36,841 nucleotides of DNA from Candidatus Woesearchaeota archaeon (GCA_964549155.1 CAZJUG010000005.1:1-36841), one strand, 5' to 3'. Counted from the stretch's first letter, positions 1 through 8,901 are shown. The notes: generated by a model from the sequence alone, not told the origin. Translations and numbers: made by a program.

Positions 1-44
1 TTAGGAATCTCCCATTCAAATTCAGATATTTTTTTAAGTTTCAT
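1..44 (-). CDS. rtcB: RNA-splicing ligase RtcB, first 14 codons only (gene runs off the left edge)
   Basis: Minus-strand ATG at 44..42 gives MKLKKISEFEWEIP, which resembles archaeal RtcB N-termini. It starts 2 nt after the archease stop, and archease-RtcB pairing is well known. Very short fragment. Confidence 0.4.
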   Translation of the reverse strand, partial: MKLKKISEFEWEIP

Positions 45-45
45 C

Positions 46-459
46 TTAAACATCCAAGACAACTATGCACTCAAATCCCTTGTCTGTCTCTTTTATTTCC
101 ATCTGCGAATATGTGACTGCCTTCACATCATTTGTGAAATGATACTTTTCAGCATTGTCTCCAAGAAGTTTAACCTTCAAGGAAAATTTCTCTCGGTCAA
201 TAGATAATCCTTCAACTCCTGAAACTAAAAAAGACTCAGAATCAAGCAAAACAAGGAATTCTTCCAAGAACTTATAGAGAAGATTCTCTAAACTAGTACC
301 CTCTATTTCAATTTCCTTAGAAGTTTGTTCTAAAACCTTCATTTCCCCACAAATCGATTCCTTCATAGCTTTCGCACACTCAGAAAACAATTCATCAATT
401 GTCCTTCCATTAGCAACAAACTTCAAATCTGCTGTGTGTTCTTGAAACTCATAACCCAT
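46..459 (-). CDS. archease (RtcB activator)
   Basis: 137-aa ORF with N-terminal MGYEFQEHTADLKF (the archease EHTAD motif). Length is typical and it sits next to the rtcB start. Confidence 0.85.
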   Translation of the reverse strand: MGYEFQEHTADLKFVANGRTIDELFSECAKAMKESICGEMKVLEQTSKEIEIEGTSLENLLYKFLEEFLVLLDSESFLVSGVEGLSIDREKFSLKVKLLGDNAEKYHFTNDVKAVTYSQMEIKETDKGFECIVVLDV

Positions 460-495
460 AAAAAGAACTATTTTAGAGAGTTTTTATGCCTTTGG

Positions 496-1104
496 TTAGC
501 AATCTTTAACTTCAGGTTCATAAAAGAACTCTATAGAAAAGGGATCTGTTTTTTGTATTTGGACTACTACAAATGGATATGTCTGGGCCATGGTATAGAA
601 GCAACCTTTTCCAGGAGACATTTCACTAACATAAACTTTCAAAATATTCTCTTTTTCTTCTATTCTTCTCACACCCATAGAATATCCTCCAGAACTTTTT
701 TGCCCTCCAAAAATCACGATTATGGTACTTTCATTAAAATCTATGTCTAAAATATTTTCACCGAAAATATCATTGAAAGATTTTTCATCTTGAATGAGAT
801 ATTCTTCCTTTTCAGTCTTCTTAGGATTTTGTAGTGCATTTGTTACATCTGCAAAATCTAATGCACTACCTCCAACAGACTCCACAAATATTTCCCTTTC
901 AGAAGTTCTACATTGTCTTGGATACGATTCCATCACAAGATATCCTGCATCAACACAATCTTCAAAGGAACTAATTTCTTCTTTCTGTTCTTTTGGCAAA
1001 TTGATAAAAAGAATCGCGATTAAAACTAAAATAACGGCGATAGCCGATAAGACATAAACATTCTCTATTTTCTTTTTTTTAGGCTGAATATTTCTTTTTA
1101 CCAT
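496..1104 (-). CDS. membrane-anchored protein with PrcB_C-like C-terminal domain
   Basis: N-terminal basic stretch plus one TM (VLSAIAVILVLIAILFI). C-terminal FGGQKSSGGYSMGV...YTMAQTYPFVVVQI resembles the PrcB C-terminal domain pattern. Family call is from memory. Confidence 0.5.
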   Translation of the reverse strand: MVKRNIQPKKKKIENVYVLSAIAVILVLIAILFINLPKEQKEEISSFEDCVDAGYLVMESYPRQCRTSEREIFVESVGGSALDFADVTNALQNPKKTEKEEYLIQDEKSFNDIFGENILDIDFNESTIIVIFGGQKSSGGYSMGVRRIEEKENILKVYVSEMSPGKGCFYTMAQTYPFVVVQIQKTDPFSIEFFYEPEVKDC

Positions 1105-1207
1105 GATATCTTTTAGAAAATTGAGTTTATAAAATGTTCGATAGGTTCAATCATAATCGGAGTGTTTCATACGGCAGATTTATAAACATCACTTGATTAA
1201 AACGGAT

Positions 1208-2233
1208 ATGGAAAATAGAACAATTGACAAAATGCTTATATCTGCAAGTATTATTGTTCTGATTTTGTTAGCATACCTTACTTTGAAGGCCCTCCTTATA
1301 CCCATATTCCTCGCACTTATTTTAGCTTATATTTTTAGACCTGCATATAATTCTGTTAAGAAAATAATTAAGCTAAGGAGTTTGTCTGCATTATTCATTA
1401 TTATCGCGATAATTTCATTTATTCTAATTCCTCTAGTTTCTCTAACTCCAGCACTCATAAAACAAACATTTAGTTTATATGTAAAAGTCCAAGATTTAAA
1501 CATAGGGAATGTTCTGAAGAATATTTTGCCCTCTACAACAACTCCTGAAATGGCTACTGCAATTAATTTACAATTTAACAATATTCTATCTAAACTTTTT
1601 AGTTCTATAATGAACGGTATGTCAAACTTTATTACTAATATTCCCACTCAAATATTAAATACTATGATATTTTTCTTTATTTTTTATTTCATCCTCATTG
1701 ATTTTGATAAAATTAGTCAGGCATTTTCTGATTTCATTCCTCTGTCAAAAGAAAACAAGATAAAGTTCTCTTCAGAGTTCAGGAATGTTACTGAGGGAAT
1801 AGTGTATGGGCAAGTTTTAATTGGGATTCTTCAAGGAATCCTGATGGGTTTAATGTTATTCATCTTGGGGATAGATGGAACTCTCCTATTCACATTCATT
1901 GCAATAATTGCAGGAATACTCCCTATGGTCGGTCCAACTATTGTTTGGGTTCCGTTAGGCCTTATATTATTATTCACCGGGAATTCTATGCAAGCAGTAA
2001 TATTAGCTGTGTGGGGAATGTCCGTTTCAGGTGTTACTGATGGAATCCTTAGACCATATATACTCTCTAGAAGAACTTCACTTCCAATCGCTTGGGGTTT
2101 TATAGGAACTATTGGAGGTCTTTATGCATTTGGTTTAGTTGGACTTTTACTAGGACCTCTAATAATCGCTTATCTAATTATAGTATTGCAGTTTTACAAA
2201 CAAAAAAAATTAAGTGATTTATTTAAAGAGTGA
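1208..2233 (+). CDS. AI-2E family (UPF0118/PerM-like) transporter
   Basis: Polytopic membrane ORF. C-terminal GILRPYILSRRTSLP...GGLYAFGLVGLLLGPLI is typical of AI-2E family proteins. First ATG is at 1208 (the ORF track opens at a TTG at 1193). Confidence 0.75.
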   Translation: MENRTIDKMLISASIIVLILLAYLTLKALLIPIFLALILAYIFRPAYNSVKKIIKLRSLSALFIIIAIISFILIPLVSLTPALIKQTFSLYVKVQDLNIGNVLKNILPSTTTPEMATAINLQFNNILSKLFSSIMNGMSNFITNIPTQILNTMIFFFIFYFILIDFDKISQAFSDFIPLSKENKIKFSSEFRNVTEGIVYGQVLIGILQGILMGLMLFILGIDGTLLFTFIAIIAGILPMVGPTIVWVPLGLILLFTGNSMQAVILAVWGMSVSGVTDGILRPYILSRRTSLPIAWGFIGTIGGLYAFGLVGLLLGPLIIAYLIIVLQFYKQKKLSDLFKE

Positions 2234-2234
2234 T

Positions 2235-3707
2235 ATGAAACTAAAGGCAAAAAATTTGAGGTGGTTAGCTGGAAGACCCGTAGTTATTTTTTCTCCAGAA
2301 ACTGCTAAGGGGTTAAATGTTCATGTCAATGAAAGAGTGGGGATTGTTTACAGAAAGAGGAAAATTTATGCCGTCGTAGACATCTTTTCAAACATGTTAA
2401 ATGATGGAGAGGTCGGTTTATCTGAAGAAATACTCTCTTTTGTTCCGATTAAAAATAAGGCTATTGTTGAGGTTTTTCCTGCTGATTCCTTTTTGGGCGG
2501 GCAGATAATAAAGAAGAAGTTATCTGGAAAAAGGTTGTCTGATGAGGAGATTAGAATTCTCATTTCTGAAATATCTCAAAATAACCTTACAGAATCTGAA
2601 ATTGCTTTTTTTGTTTCTGCTGAAAAAAATCACGGGATGTCAAAGAGAGAACTAATTTCACTTACAGATGCTATGGTAAAAACAGGGAATAAATTGGACA
2701 TAAAGAAAAAAATCATTGCGGATAAACATTGCATTGGAGGAATTGCAGGTAACAGAACAACTCCGATAGTTGTTTCTATTTGTGCTGCTGCTGGTTTGAC
2801 TATGCCTAAGACTTCCTCTAGAGCTATAACCTCTGCAGCTGGAACTGCAGATACTATCGAGACTATGGCGAGAGTGGAATTTTCTCAAAAAGAATTAATA
2901 GAGCTAATAAACCGGGCTGGAGCTTGTTTAGTTTGGAATGGTTCTTTAAACCTTTCTCCTTCAGACGATAAAATAATCCATGTTGAAAGACTTCTAAATC
3001 TAGATGTAGAACCTCAATTAATTGCTTCAATAATGTCTAAAAAAATCGCAGCAGGTTCTACCCACATACTCATAGACATTCCCTATGGGGGCGGGAAAAT
3101 AAGAGACCTTGGGTCCGCTAAAGCTCTTGGAAAGAAATTTAAAGTAGTAGCAAAACACTTCAAAGTTAAATTGAGTGTGGTATATACAAAGGGGAACCAA
3201 CCCATTGGAAATGGAATTGGTCCTGTTTTAGAAATGATAGACATTCTAAATGTTTTAAAGGGGGATGGTCCAGAGGATTTAAAAGAGAAGTCCATATTTC
3301 TTGCAGGAAATTTATTAGAACTTTGTGGGATAAAACGAGGAGAAGGCAAGGCAAGAGAGATTCTAGAATCAGGGGTTGCATATGAAAAATTCAAGGAAAT
3401 AATAAATGTTCAGAATGGAAAAAGTGATTTTGATAAACGAATAAAAAATTTAAAATTGGCCAAGTTTTCAAAAACATTTCTTGCTAATTCAGATAAACAG
3501 ATAAGGCACATAAGCAATAAAAAAATAAATCTCCTTTGCAGAGTTCTCGGAGCTCCGGAAACAAAAACTGCAGGAGTTTATTTGTATCACGGATTGGGAG
3601 CAGTTTCTAAGGGGGAAAAGATTATTACATTATATTCAGAAAGCGAGGACAAACTTAAAGATGCACTAAGATATTTTAATGAATTTGAGCCAATCGTGAT
3701 TAGATAA
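2235..3707 (+). CDS. deoA: AMP phosphorylase / archaeal thymidine-phosphorylase family
   Basis: MKLKAKNLRWLAGRPVVIF N-terminus, DKHCIGGIAGNRTTP and SSRAITSAAGTADT motifs, about 490 aa. ATG at 2235. Confidence 0.8.
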   Translation: MKLKAKNLRWLAGRPVVIFSPETAKGLNVHVNERVGIVYRKRKIYAVVDIFSNMLNDGEVGLSEEILSFVPIKNKAIVEVFPADSFLGGQIIKKKLSGKRLSDEEIRILISEISQNNLTESEIAFFVSAEKNHGMSKRELISLTDAMVKTGNKLDIKKKIIADKHCIGGIAGNRTTPIVVSICAAAGLTMPKTSSRAITSAAGTADTIETMARVEFSQKELIELINRAGACLVWNGSLNLSPSDDKIIHVERLLNLDVEPQLIASIMSKKIAAGSTHILIDIPYGGGKIRDLGSAKALGKKFKVVAKHFKVKLSVVYTKGNQPIGNGIGPVLEMIDILNVLKGDGPEDLKEKSIFLAGNLLELCGIKRGEGKAREILESGVAYEKFKEIINVQNGKSDFDKRIKNLKLAKFSKTFLANSDKQIRHISNKKINLLCRVLGAPETKTAGVYLYHGLGAVSKGEKIITLYSESEDKLKDALRYFNEFEPIVIR

Positions 3708-4283
3708 TTATTTAACTCTCGCTTTCAAAATCTTCACTTCTTCTAATGGTTTGTCTTGAGAATCTGTTTGAACTTTAGCAATTTTATCTACAACATCCAT
3801 TCCATTAACTACTTCTCCAAAAATGGGATGTTTGCTAGTAAAAGGAGGTTTATTAAAATCAAGAGGAGAATTATCTACAAGATTTATGAAAAATTGACTT
3901 GAGCCAGTATTGGGGCCTGCATTAGCCATAGAAATTGTTCCTCGAACATTGGAATGTCCTTCTACAAATTCATCTTTTATCTTCGGAATGGAAGGATCTC
4001 CATAACCTGTTCCAGTCGGATCTCCACCTTGAATCATAAATCCATCAATCACTCTATGAAATATTACTCCATCATAAATTCCTTTTTCTGTAAGATTCTT
4101 GAAATTTCCTGCAGTAATCGGCATATCTTCATACAAAAGAATTTCAATCTCCCCGAAGTTTGTTTCCAAAACAACAATTGTTTGTTTTTCCATATTTGAG
4201 AAAAATAAAACTAGGGTAAATAAAGCTATCGCTATAGCCATGCTCGCGATTAGATAACATTTATTCTTATTTTTTTGTTTCAT
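3708..4283 (-). CDS. cyclophilin-type peptidyl-prolyl isomerase with N-terminal membrane anchor/signal
   Basis: FHRVIDGFMIQGGDP and SMANAGPNTGSSQFFI cyclophilin signatures. Hydrophobic N-terminus. Its stop abuts the convergent deoA stop. Confidence 0.85.
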   Translation of the reverse strand: MKQKNKNKCYLIASMAIAIALFTLVLFFSNMEKQTIVVLETNFGEIEILLYEDMPITAGNFKNLTEKGIYDGVIFHRVIDGFMIQGGDPTGTGYGDPSIPKIKDEFVEGHSNVRGTISMANAGPNTGSSQFFINLVDNSPLDFNKPPFTSKHPIFGEVVNGMDVVDKIAKVQTDSQDKPLEEVKILKARVK

Positions 4284-4861
4284 TTTTTAGAAATTTTCTT
4301 TGCGAAAATAGGACCAAGAACTGCACCAATCAGATTAAAGACTAAATCAAGTGCTGTGTTGTAATAACCTCCAACGGCATCTGCAGCATCTGCAAATATT
4401 ACCATTCCGAATTCTATTACCTCGTTCAACAATCCAATTCCCAGTGCAGAAAGTGTTGCAAAAACCAAAAGTGCAGATTTAGATTTATTAAAATACTTTT
4501 TCAATGCAAAATATACTAAAACAGAAATTGCAAAATAGCAATAAGCATGGATTACTTGGTCATACTTCAGAATAAAAAAAGGATCTCCTAAAATATTTAT
4601 TAACATTAAATCATACAATCTAGTTCCACTAATTTTAATTAATCCTCCAGCCATGTGGGAGATAGACCAAATAGCAAAAAGAACTAAACTCCAAGGCGGA
4701 AATTCAAATTTCTTTTCCATTTTTATCACTAGCAAGAAGAGCAAAACCAAAACTACCCAGTATCCTACAAACTCATAGTTTTTTGCAGAGAAAGCTAACA
4801 TCAAAAATCCAAAGAGAACTAAAAGAGTCCCCCACATTATTATTTTCACCGACTTTTTCAT
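4280..4861 (-). CDS. polytopic membrane protein, family not recognised
   Basis: 193-aa ORF with about 5-6 hydrophobic spans. 4-nt overlap with the downstream PPIase gene. Confidence 0.6.
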   Translation of the reverse strand: MKKSVKIIMWGTLLVLFGFLMLAFSAKNYEFVGYWVVLVLLFLLVIKMEKKFEFPPWSLVLFAIWSISHMAGGLIKISGTRLYDLMLINILGDPFFILKYDQVIHAYCYFAISVLVYFALKKYFNKSKSALLVFATLSALGIGLLNEVIEFGMVIFADAADAVGGYYNTALDLVFNLIGAVLGPIFAKKISKK

Positions 4862-4903
4862 ATTTCTTTCAGTGAATAAGAGTTTTTAAAAGTTTGGAAT
4901 TTA

Positions 4904-5323
4904 CTATGCTTCATTAATAAAGCCCCTACAATTCTTACTTCCACACCTACAAATTTCTCTTTTAGAATCTTTGTCATATTCATAGTCTATAGTTAATTCT
5001 TCTCCTTTCTTTATTGGACGATCTGAGAAATAAAATATTCTTCCTTCTTTTATAACATACTCGCAATTCGGATCGCAAGAATGATTAAAATATATGGAAT
5101 CATTCCCTCCAACAGCCCCATCTATGAATGTGTCTTCATCCACACAGAATATATATGTAACACCTTTCTCATCATTTATAGTTTCTCTCTTTTCTGCTTC
5201 AGCACCATCAATTCTTTCCCCAACATATTCTATAAGAAATGTTTTTTCGGGAATATCTTCGCTTGCAAATGCCCCTCTACAATCAATTTTAGATTCTTTA
5301 ATTATGAATTTTTTAGATTCCAT
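4904..5323 (-). CDS. SET-domain protein (lysine methyltransferase family)
   Basis: NHSCDPNC, ELTIDYEY and cysteine-rich post-SET CRCGSKNCRG. I use the internal ATG at 5323 (MESKKF) because the longer ORF to 5446 runs through tRNA-derived fragments. Confidence 0.8.
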   Translation of the reverse strand: MESKKFIIKESKIDCRGAFASEDIPEKTFLIEYVGERIDGAEAEKRETINDEKGVTYIFCVDEDTFIDGAVGGNDSIYFNHSCDPNCEYVIKEGRIFYFSDRPIKKGEELTIDYEYDKDSKREICRCGSKNCRGFINEA

Positions 5324-5371
5324 ATTTATTTTTTCATATAGTTCCTTTATAAATCTTATAGAATTATAAAC

Positions 5372-5383
5372 CGCCCACTCCCA
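5372..5383 (-). repeat. duplicated 3'-terminal fragment of tRNA-Ser (T-stem 3' strand + acceptor 3' strand + discriminator)
   Basis: Plus-strand cgcccactccca at 5372-5383 is identical to 5503-5514 in the intact tRNA (131-nt offset). A T-loop-like GGTTCGATTC (minus strand, 5424-5433) lies between them. Confidence 0.6.
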
Positions 5384-5502
5384 TCCAAAAAACAGGAAGT
5401 TTTTAGTCCCTTCAGTTCTCCTTGAATCGAACCTACAGGGAATCAAACTGATTCATTTAATTCAGAGAGTGAATCTATTCAACCTTATGTTGAATAGATA
5501 TA

Positions 5503-5583
5503 CGCCCACTCCCAGAATCGAACTGGGGAGCCCCGAAGGGCCTGGATTTCAAGTCCAGTGCAATACCACTATGCGAAGTGGGC
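5503..5583 (-). tRNA. tRNA-Ser (anticodon UGA), 81 nt, long variable arm, no encoded CCA
   Basis: Manual cloverleaf on the minus strand: GCCCACT/AGTGGGC acceptor, CTGGA-CTTGAAA-TCCAG anticodon arm, GCCCTTCGGGGCTC variable arm, CCCAG-TTCGATT-CTGGG T arm. Confidence 0.85.
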
Positions 5584-5628
5584 ATGATAAATAGTTAGAA
5601 TTTATAGTTTTAAATGTTTGGTATTGCA
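5570..5628 (-). repeat. direct repeat copy A: A/T-rich promoter-like region plus first 13 nt of tRNA-Ser (belongs to the intact gene)
   Basis: About 58-59 bp identical to 5699-5757 by direct comparison. Contains TTTAAAACTATAAAT upstream of the tRNA 5' end (minus strand). Confidence 0.8.
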
Positions 5629-5698
5629 TAGTGCAATAACACTACTTTCAAAATAGGGGATTTCGATTTTGGAAGGACAGAAATTTTCTCAATTTCTG

Positions 5699-5757
5699 TA
5701 TGCGAAGTGGGCATGATAAATAGTTAGAATTTATAGTTTTAAATGTTTGGTATTGCA
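5699..5757 (-). repeat. direct repeat copy B: same promoter-like region plus tRNA-Ser nt 1-13, followed by a hairpin and a degenerate D-arm piece
   Basis: Identical to copy A at a 129-nt offset. On the minus strand it is followed by the hairpin ACAGAAAT-TGAGAAA-ATTTCTGT, then AGTAGTGTTATTGCACT (compare AGTGGTATTGCACT in the intact tRNA). Confidence 0.8.
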
Positions 5758-5772
5758 ACATATTTAACTAAT

Positions 5773-6315
5773 TTATTTAACAAACATTTCCAAATCTGCG
5801 ATTTGTTCTCTTTCATATGCTCTAAACTCTTTTCCCTGTTCTTGTGAGATTTTCAACTCTCTTACAATTTTTCTAATATTTTCATCTAGATTACCTTGAC
5901 CATATAAACCGAGAATACCCTCTCGAAGCTCTCTCAGGTTTCTATATCTTCCAAAACCTAATTCATGGTATTTGAGAGCATTATTTATTGTAGATAGCTC
6001 TTCTAAAAGTACTGGATAACTTCTAACTGCGGATTCCACTTTTTTAGGGTTTTTCTTGAATTTGAATAATCTATCAAATAAACCTCTTTTTGCATTGCAT
6101 GTATGGCCCAGCCTAATTAGTCCTCCAATAACCTGTTCCCTATGAGCTTCTAATCTTTCTTTTGAATACCTCAAGCAGTACAAAATCCCTCCCTTGGCTT
6201 GATTTGGTTCATCCAATGTAAAGTTATTCCAAAAGCAATCCCATGAATAGTCTTGCATAGATTTAGTCCTAAACGGGTGTTTAAAAGGATTATTATACAG
6301 AAAAACTAGGGTCAC
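5773..6315 (-). CDS. hypothetical protein (no family recognised)
   Basis: 180-aa ORF with no competing ORF. An internal ATG (MQDYSW, about 6258) is an alternative start. Confidence 0.55.
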   Translation of the reverse strand: MTLVFLYNNPFKHPFRTKSMQDYSWDCFWNNFTLDEPNQAKGGILYCLRYSKERLEAHREQVIGGLIRLGHTCNAKRGLFDRLFKFKKNPKKVESAVRSYPVLLEELSTINNALKYHELGFGRYRNLRELREGILGLYGQGNLDENIRKIVRELKISQEQGKEFRAYEREQIADLEMFVK

Positions 6316-6476
6316 AACCTCTCAAATTTGCTGATAATAATAGCACAACTACCTCCATCATTCAATTCAAGGTAGCCCCGAGCTAAACTAAACCAAGCCT
6401 AGTTTCATTCTCGGATGTAAGCAAACTGCAAAGCTAACTTAACTTCACAGTTCAACTAATCATAAAACTACTACGA

Positions 6477-6761
6477 TTAACCGAATAATGAAGCTAAGCC
6501 TTCAGCTGCTTCAGCCTTTGGCTCTTCTTTCTTCTTTTCTTCTTCCACTGGTGCTGCTCCGCTAGAAGCTGCTGGTGCTGATGCGATAGCCGCATTAGCC
6601 AACTGCTCGTCAATATTCACACCTGATAATGAAGCTACAAGGACTTTAACCTTGCTTTCATCAACAGCTGCGCCAGTTGCAGAGATAACTTTCTTCAAGT
6701 TGTCTTCGCTAACTTCTTGACCTAGTTTGTGCAACAAAAGTGCTGCATATATGTATTCCAT
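6477..6761 (-). CDS. rpl12: ribosomal stalk protein P1 (aL12)
   Basis: MEYIYAALLLH N-terminus, Ala/Glu/Lys-rich hinge and the canonical C-terminal EGLASLFG tail. Confidence 0.9.
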   Translation of the reverse strand: MEYIYAALLLHKLGQEVSEDNLKKVISATGAAVDESKVKVLVASLSGVNIDEQLANAAIASAPAASSGAAPVEEEKKKEEPKAEAAEGLASLFG

Positions 6762-7028
6762 TTATTGTGTTTCTCCAGTTTTAATTGGAGTTTGATATTT
6801 TTCTAAAACATTCATCACTTCATTATAAACAGGTTCATTAGCAGACAAACATAAGACAATACCTGTATCAATCTCAACATCTGAAAGTCTATGAGGTCTA
6901 GAAGATGCTTGTGTACGGATCTGCTCATAAAGTGCACCCCTAGAAATCATTTTTCCAGAATCTCCAAAGAGTTCTAGTTCTCCCGACTTTGCATGAAATC
7001 TATAATGTGTATTCTTTGGTAATCCCAT
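6762..7028 (-). CDS. hypothetical 88-aa protein inserted between the P0 and P1 genes
   Basis: 88 stop-free codons in an AT-rich context. Starts 2 nt after the P0 stop and ends immediately before the P1 start. No family recognised. Confidence 0.6.
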   Translation of the reverse strand: MGLPKNTHYRFHAKSGELELFGDSGKMISRGALYEQIRTQASSRPHRLSDVEIDTGIVLCLSANEPVYNEVMNVLEKYQTPIKTGETQ

Positions 7029-7030
7029 CT

Positions 7031-7864
7031 TTAATTCCCCCTCCCGACTTTAATTTCTTCCTTCGGAGCCTCTTCTTTCTTTTCTTCAACAACAATATCT
7101 TCTTTGATTAAACCATTTAATGCATTCTCATGTGCAACTGCCTTGCCTAATATGAATGGCATCGTTTCTTTGTTTAAGAAATCAATAGAAACAGCGAATG
7201 CTAAGCTTCTTGAATACTTCTCTAACAAATCTGCAAGTGTTCCCTTTTTGTCAATCTTAATTCCTACATAGACTTTTCCGTCAGAGAAGGCTGCAATAGG
7301 TTCTAAACCAATTTCAAAAGGAGTTATATCCAATTTTGCTAGAATAGAAACTTTTTCTGAAGAAATTTTTTCTCCTGCTTTAACAAATAGAGTATCTTTT
7401 GCAATTGCGATTTTTCCACCCTCAACTTTAGGTTGAAGACCCACAGCACTTAATGCAGAAATATCTGGACCTGGAGCAAGACTGGTTGGACCCGCCTTAA
7501 CCCAAATCTCTTCTGTAGCTTCTTGTCCCTCTCTTGCTTTTGCTGGAGCTTTATTATCTGCTAAAATCCCACTCAATTTAAATGCATCTTCATCTGAAAA
7601 TATCAAAGCATAATCTGAACTTATGTGAGGAACTAGTGCTTTGAACTCTTCATTCTTTGCATGCTCTAATGCAAAATCAATTAGACTTTTCTTTGCAACT
7701 TTTACAGCTGCAATATCCCTTATCTTTTTCTTTATATCCTGAAATTGAGCCGATTTCAAATTTTTAATTGAACAAACAAGAATAGTCTTTTTACTTAACA
7801 AAGAAGCCAAATCTTTCACAATTTGTTTTTTCTTTTCTGATATATGGGTCGATTTTTTAGCCAT
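7031..7864 (-). CDS. rplP0: ribosomal stalk protein P0 (uL10)
   Basis: Length, position between L1 and P1, and an L10/P0-like N-terminal domain. The C-terminus ends ...EEKKEEAPKEEIKVGRGN, without the GLxxLF tail. Confidence 0.85.
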   Translation of the reverse strand: MAKKSTHISEKKKQIVKDLASLLSKKTILVCSIKNLKSAQFQDIKKKIRDIAAVKVAKKSLIDFALEHAKNEEFKALVPHISSDYALIFSDEDAFKLSGILADNKAPAKAREGQEATEEIWVKAGPTSLAPGPDISALSAVGLQPKVEGGKIAIAKDTLFVKAGEKISSEKVSILAKLDITPFEIGLEPIAAFSDGKVYVGIKIDKKGTLADLLEKYSRSLAFAVSIDFLNKETMPFILGKAVAHENALNGLIKEDIVVEEKKEEAPKEEIKVGRGN

Positions 7865-8606
7865 ATTTTATTTTGACTGCAGGAGTCATTGTGAATTTAA
7901 TTAGAACATTTTTGACATTATCCTTCTTCTGGGGAAGCAAATCAATCACTCCCTTGATTACAGATTCTACATTTTCTTTCAGTTGGTTGTCATCCATATT
8001 TTCCTTTCCTACACCTATTTTGACAACCTTCTCCTTTGTTCTTATCTTAACAGATTTTTTCATCTTATCAACAAGTTTCTTAATTGTTTCTTCATCTTCC
8101 TTTACAACAATCCCAAGTTGAGGGGAAGGCATTTTACCAGAAGGACCTAAGGCTCTACCAAACTTTGTTGCAACTTGCCCCATTAATGGTGCCGCAGAAA
8201 TAAACATATCGTATTTTTTTGCGAGCCTCTTCGCATCTCTTAAATTTTTATAACTCTCAAAAGTATCTTTTTGAATTACATCAACACCCTTAACTTTCGT
8301 GGATAAGAATGCTGCAATTTTTCTTTCGTAAATATTTGGAACTTGAACGAAAGAATTTATAGATTCCTTCCTGCTGTCAAACTTCTGTAAATTGATTATC
8401 AAATCTAGTGTTTGAACAAACTTTCTCTTTTCAAAACTTCTTAACTGCTTAATCGCTTCTTCTATACTAATCTCTTCATGTGTAGCTTCGGATGTCTTCA
8501 CAACTTCAGGTTTTTGAACTTCCTTTGCTTTTTCAATTGGTTTAACCTCAGTTTCCTTTTTAACTACAACTTTCTTTTCTTTAGTTTCTTTAGTTTTCTT
8601 TTCCAT
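7857..8606 (-). CDS. rpl1: ribosomal protein L1 (uL1) with Lys/Glu-rich N-terminal extension
   Basis: L1 core (FVQTLDLIINL...GPSGKMPSP...). 8-nt overlap with the P0 start. Start taken at MEKKTK (8606); the ORF track extends to 8651. Confidence 0.85.
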   Translation of the reverse strand: MEKKTKETKEKKVVVKKETEVKPIEKAKEVQKPEVVKTSEATHEEISIEEAIKQLRSFEKRKFVQTLDLIINLQKFDSRKESINSFVQVPNIYERKIAAFLSTKVKGVDVIQKDTFESYKNLRDAKRLAKKYDMFISAAPLMGQVATKFGRALGPSGKMPSPQLGIVVKEDEETIKKLVDKMKKSVKIRTKEKVVKIGVGKENMDDNQLKENVESVIKGVIDLLPQKKDNVKNVLIKFTMTPAVKIKYG

Positions 8607-8901
8607 TTTGAATAAACTGCATAGAAGACTTTTTGTATCTTCCACACCCATATGGGCTCCTAAAATCCAGGATGCAGTGGTCCGTGATGATTTAATGTAT
8701 TTTGAAGGGTTTTTAAAGACTTCGGTTTACTTCAATCTCGCAAGAGTTGAAGTCCCCAAAAAATTCCTATTTTTTGAGGATCCGAAACTCTACCTCTTAG
8801 AGTAAGAAAAGGAAATTAAATTTCATGTCTAAAGAAATCTTTAATTATCTATTAAAATTTAGTATATAAATCCTTAAAAAGGAATAGGGAGTTTTATTGG
8901 G

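Noticed and set aside
5324-5446. N-terminal 41-codon extension of the SET-domain ORF
   Set aside because: The extension (MIPCRFDSRRTEG...GWEWAV) is the translation of tRNA-Ser-derived fragments (T-loop-like piece and 3'-end copy). The SET domain aligns from the internal MESKKF start.
6316-6476. Possible tRNA or sRNA in the 160-bp gap downstream of the P1 gene (stem CCGAG...CTCGG)
   Set aside because: There is only a simple imperfect hairpin with no T-loop or anticodon-arm features. It is more likely a terminator or UTR structure.
8684-8740. Possible C/D-box sRNA (GTGATGA C-box-like motif upstream of the L1 gene)
   Set aside because: No CTGA D box or C'/D' pair at appropriate spacing, and no terminal stem.
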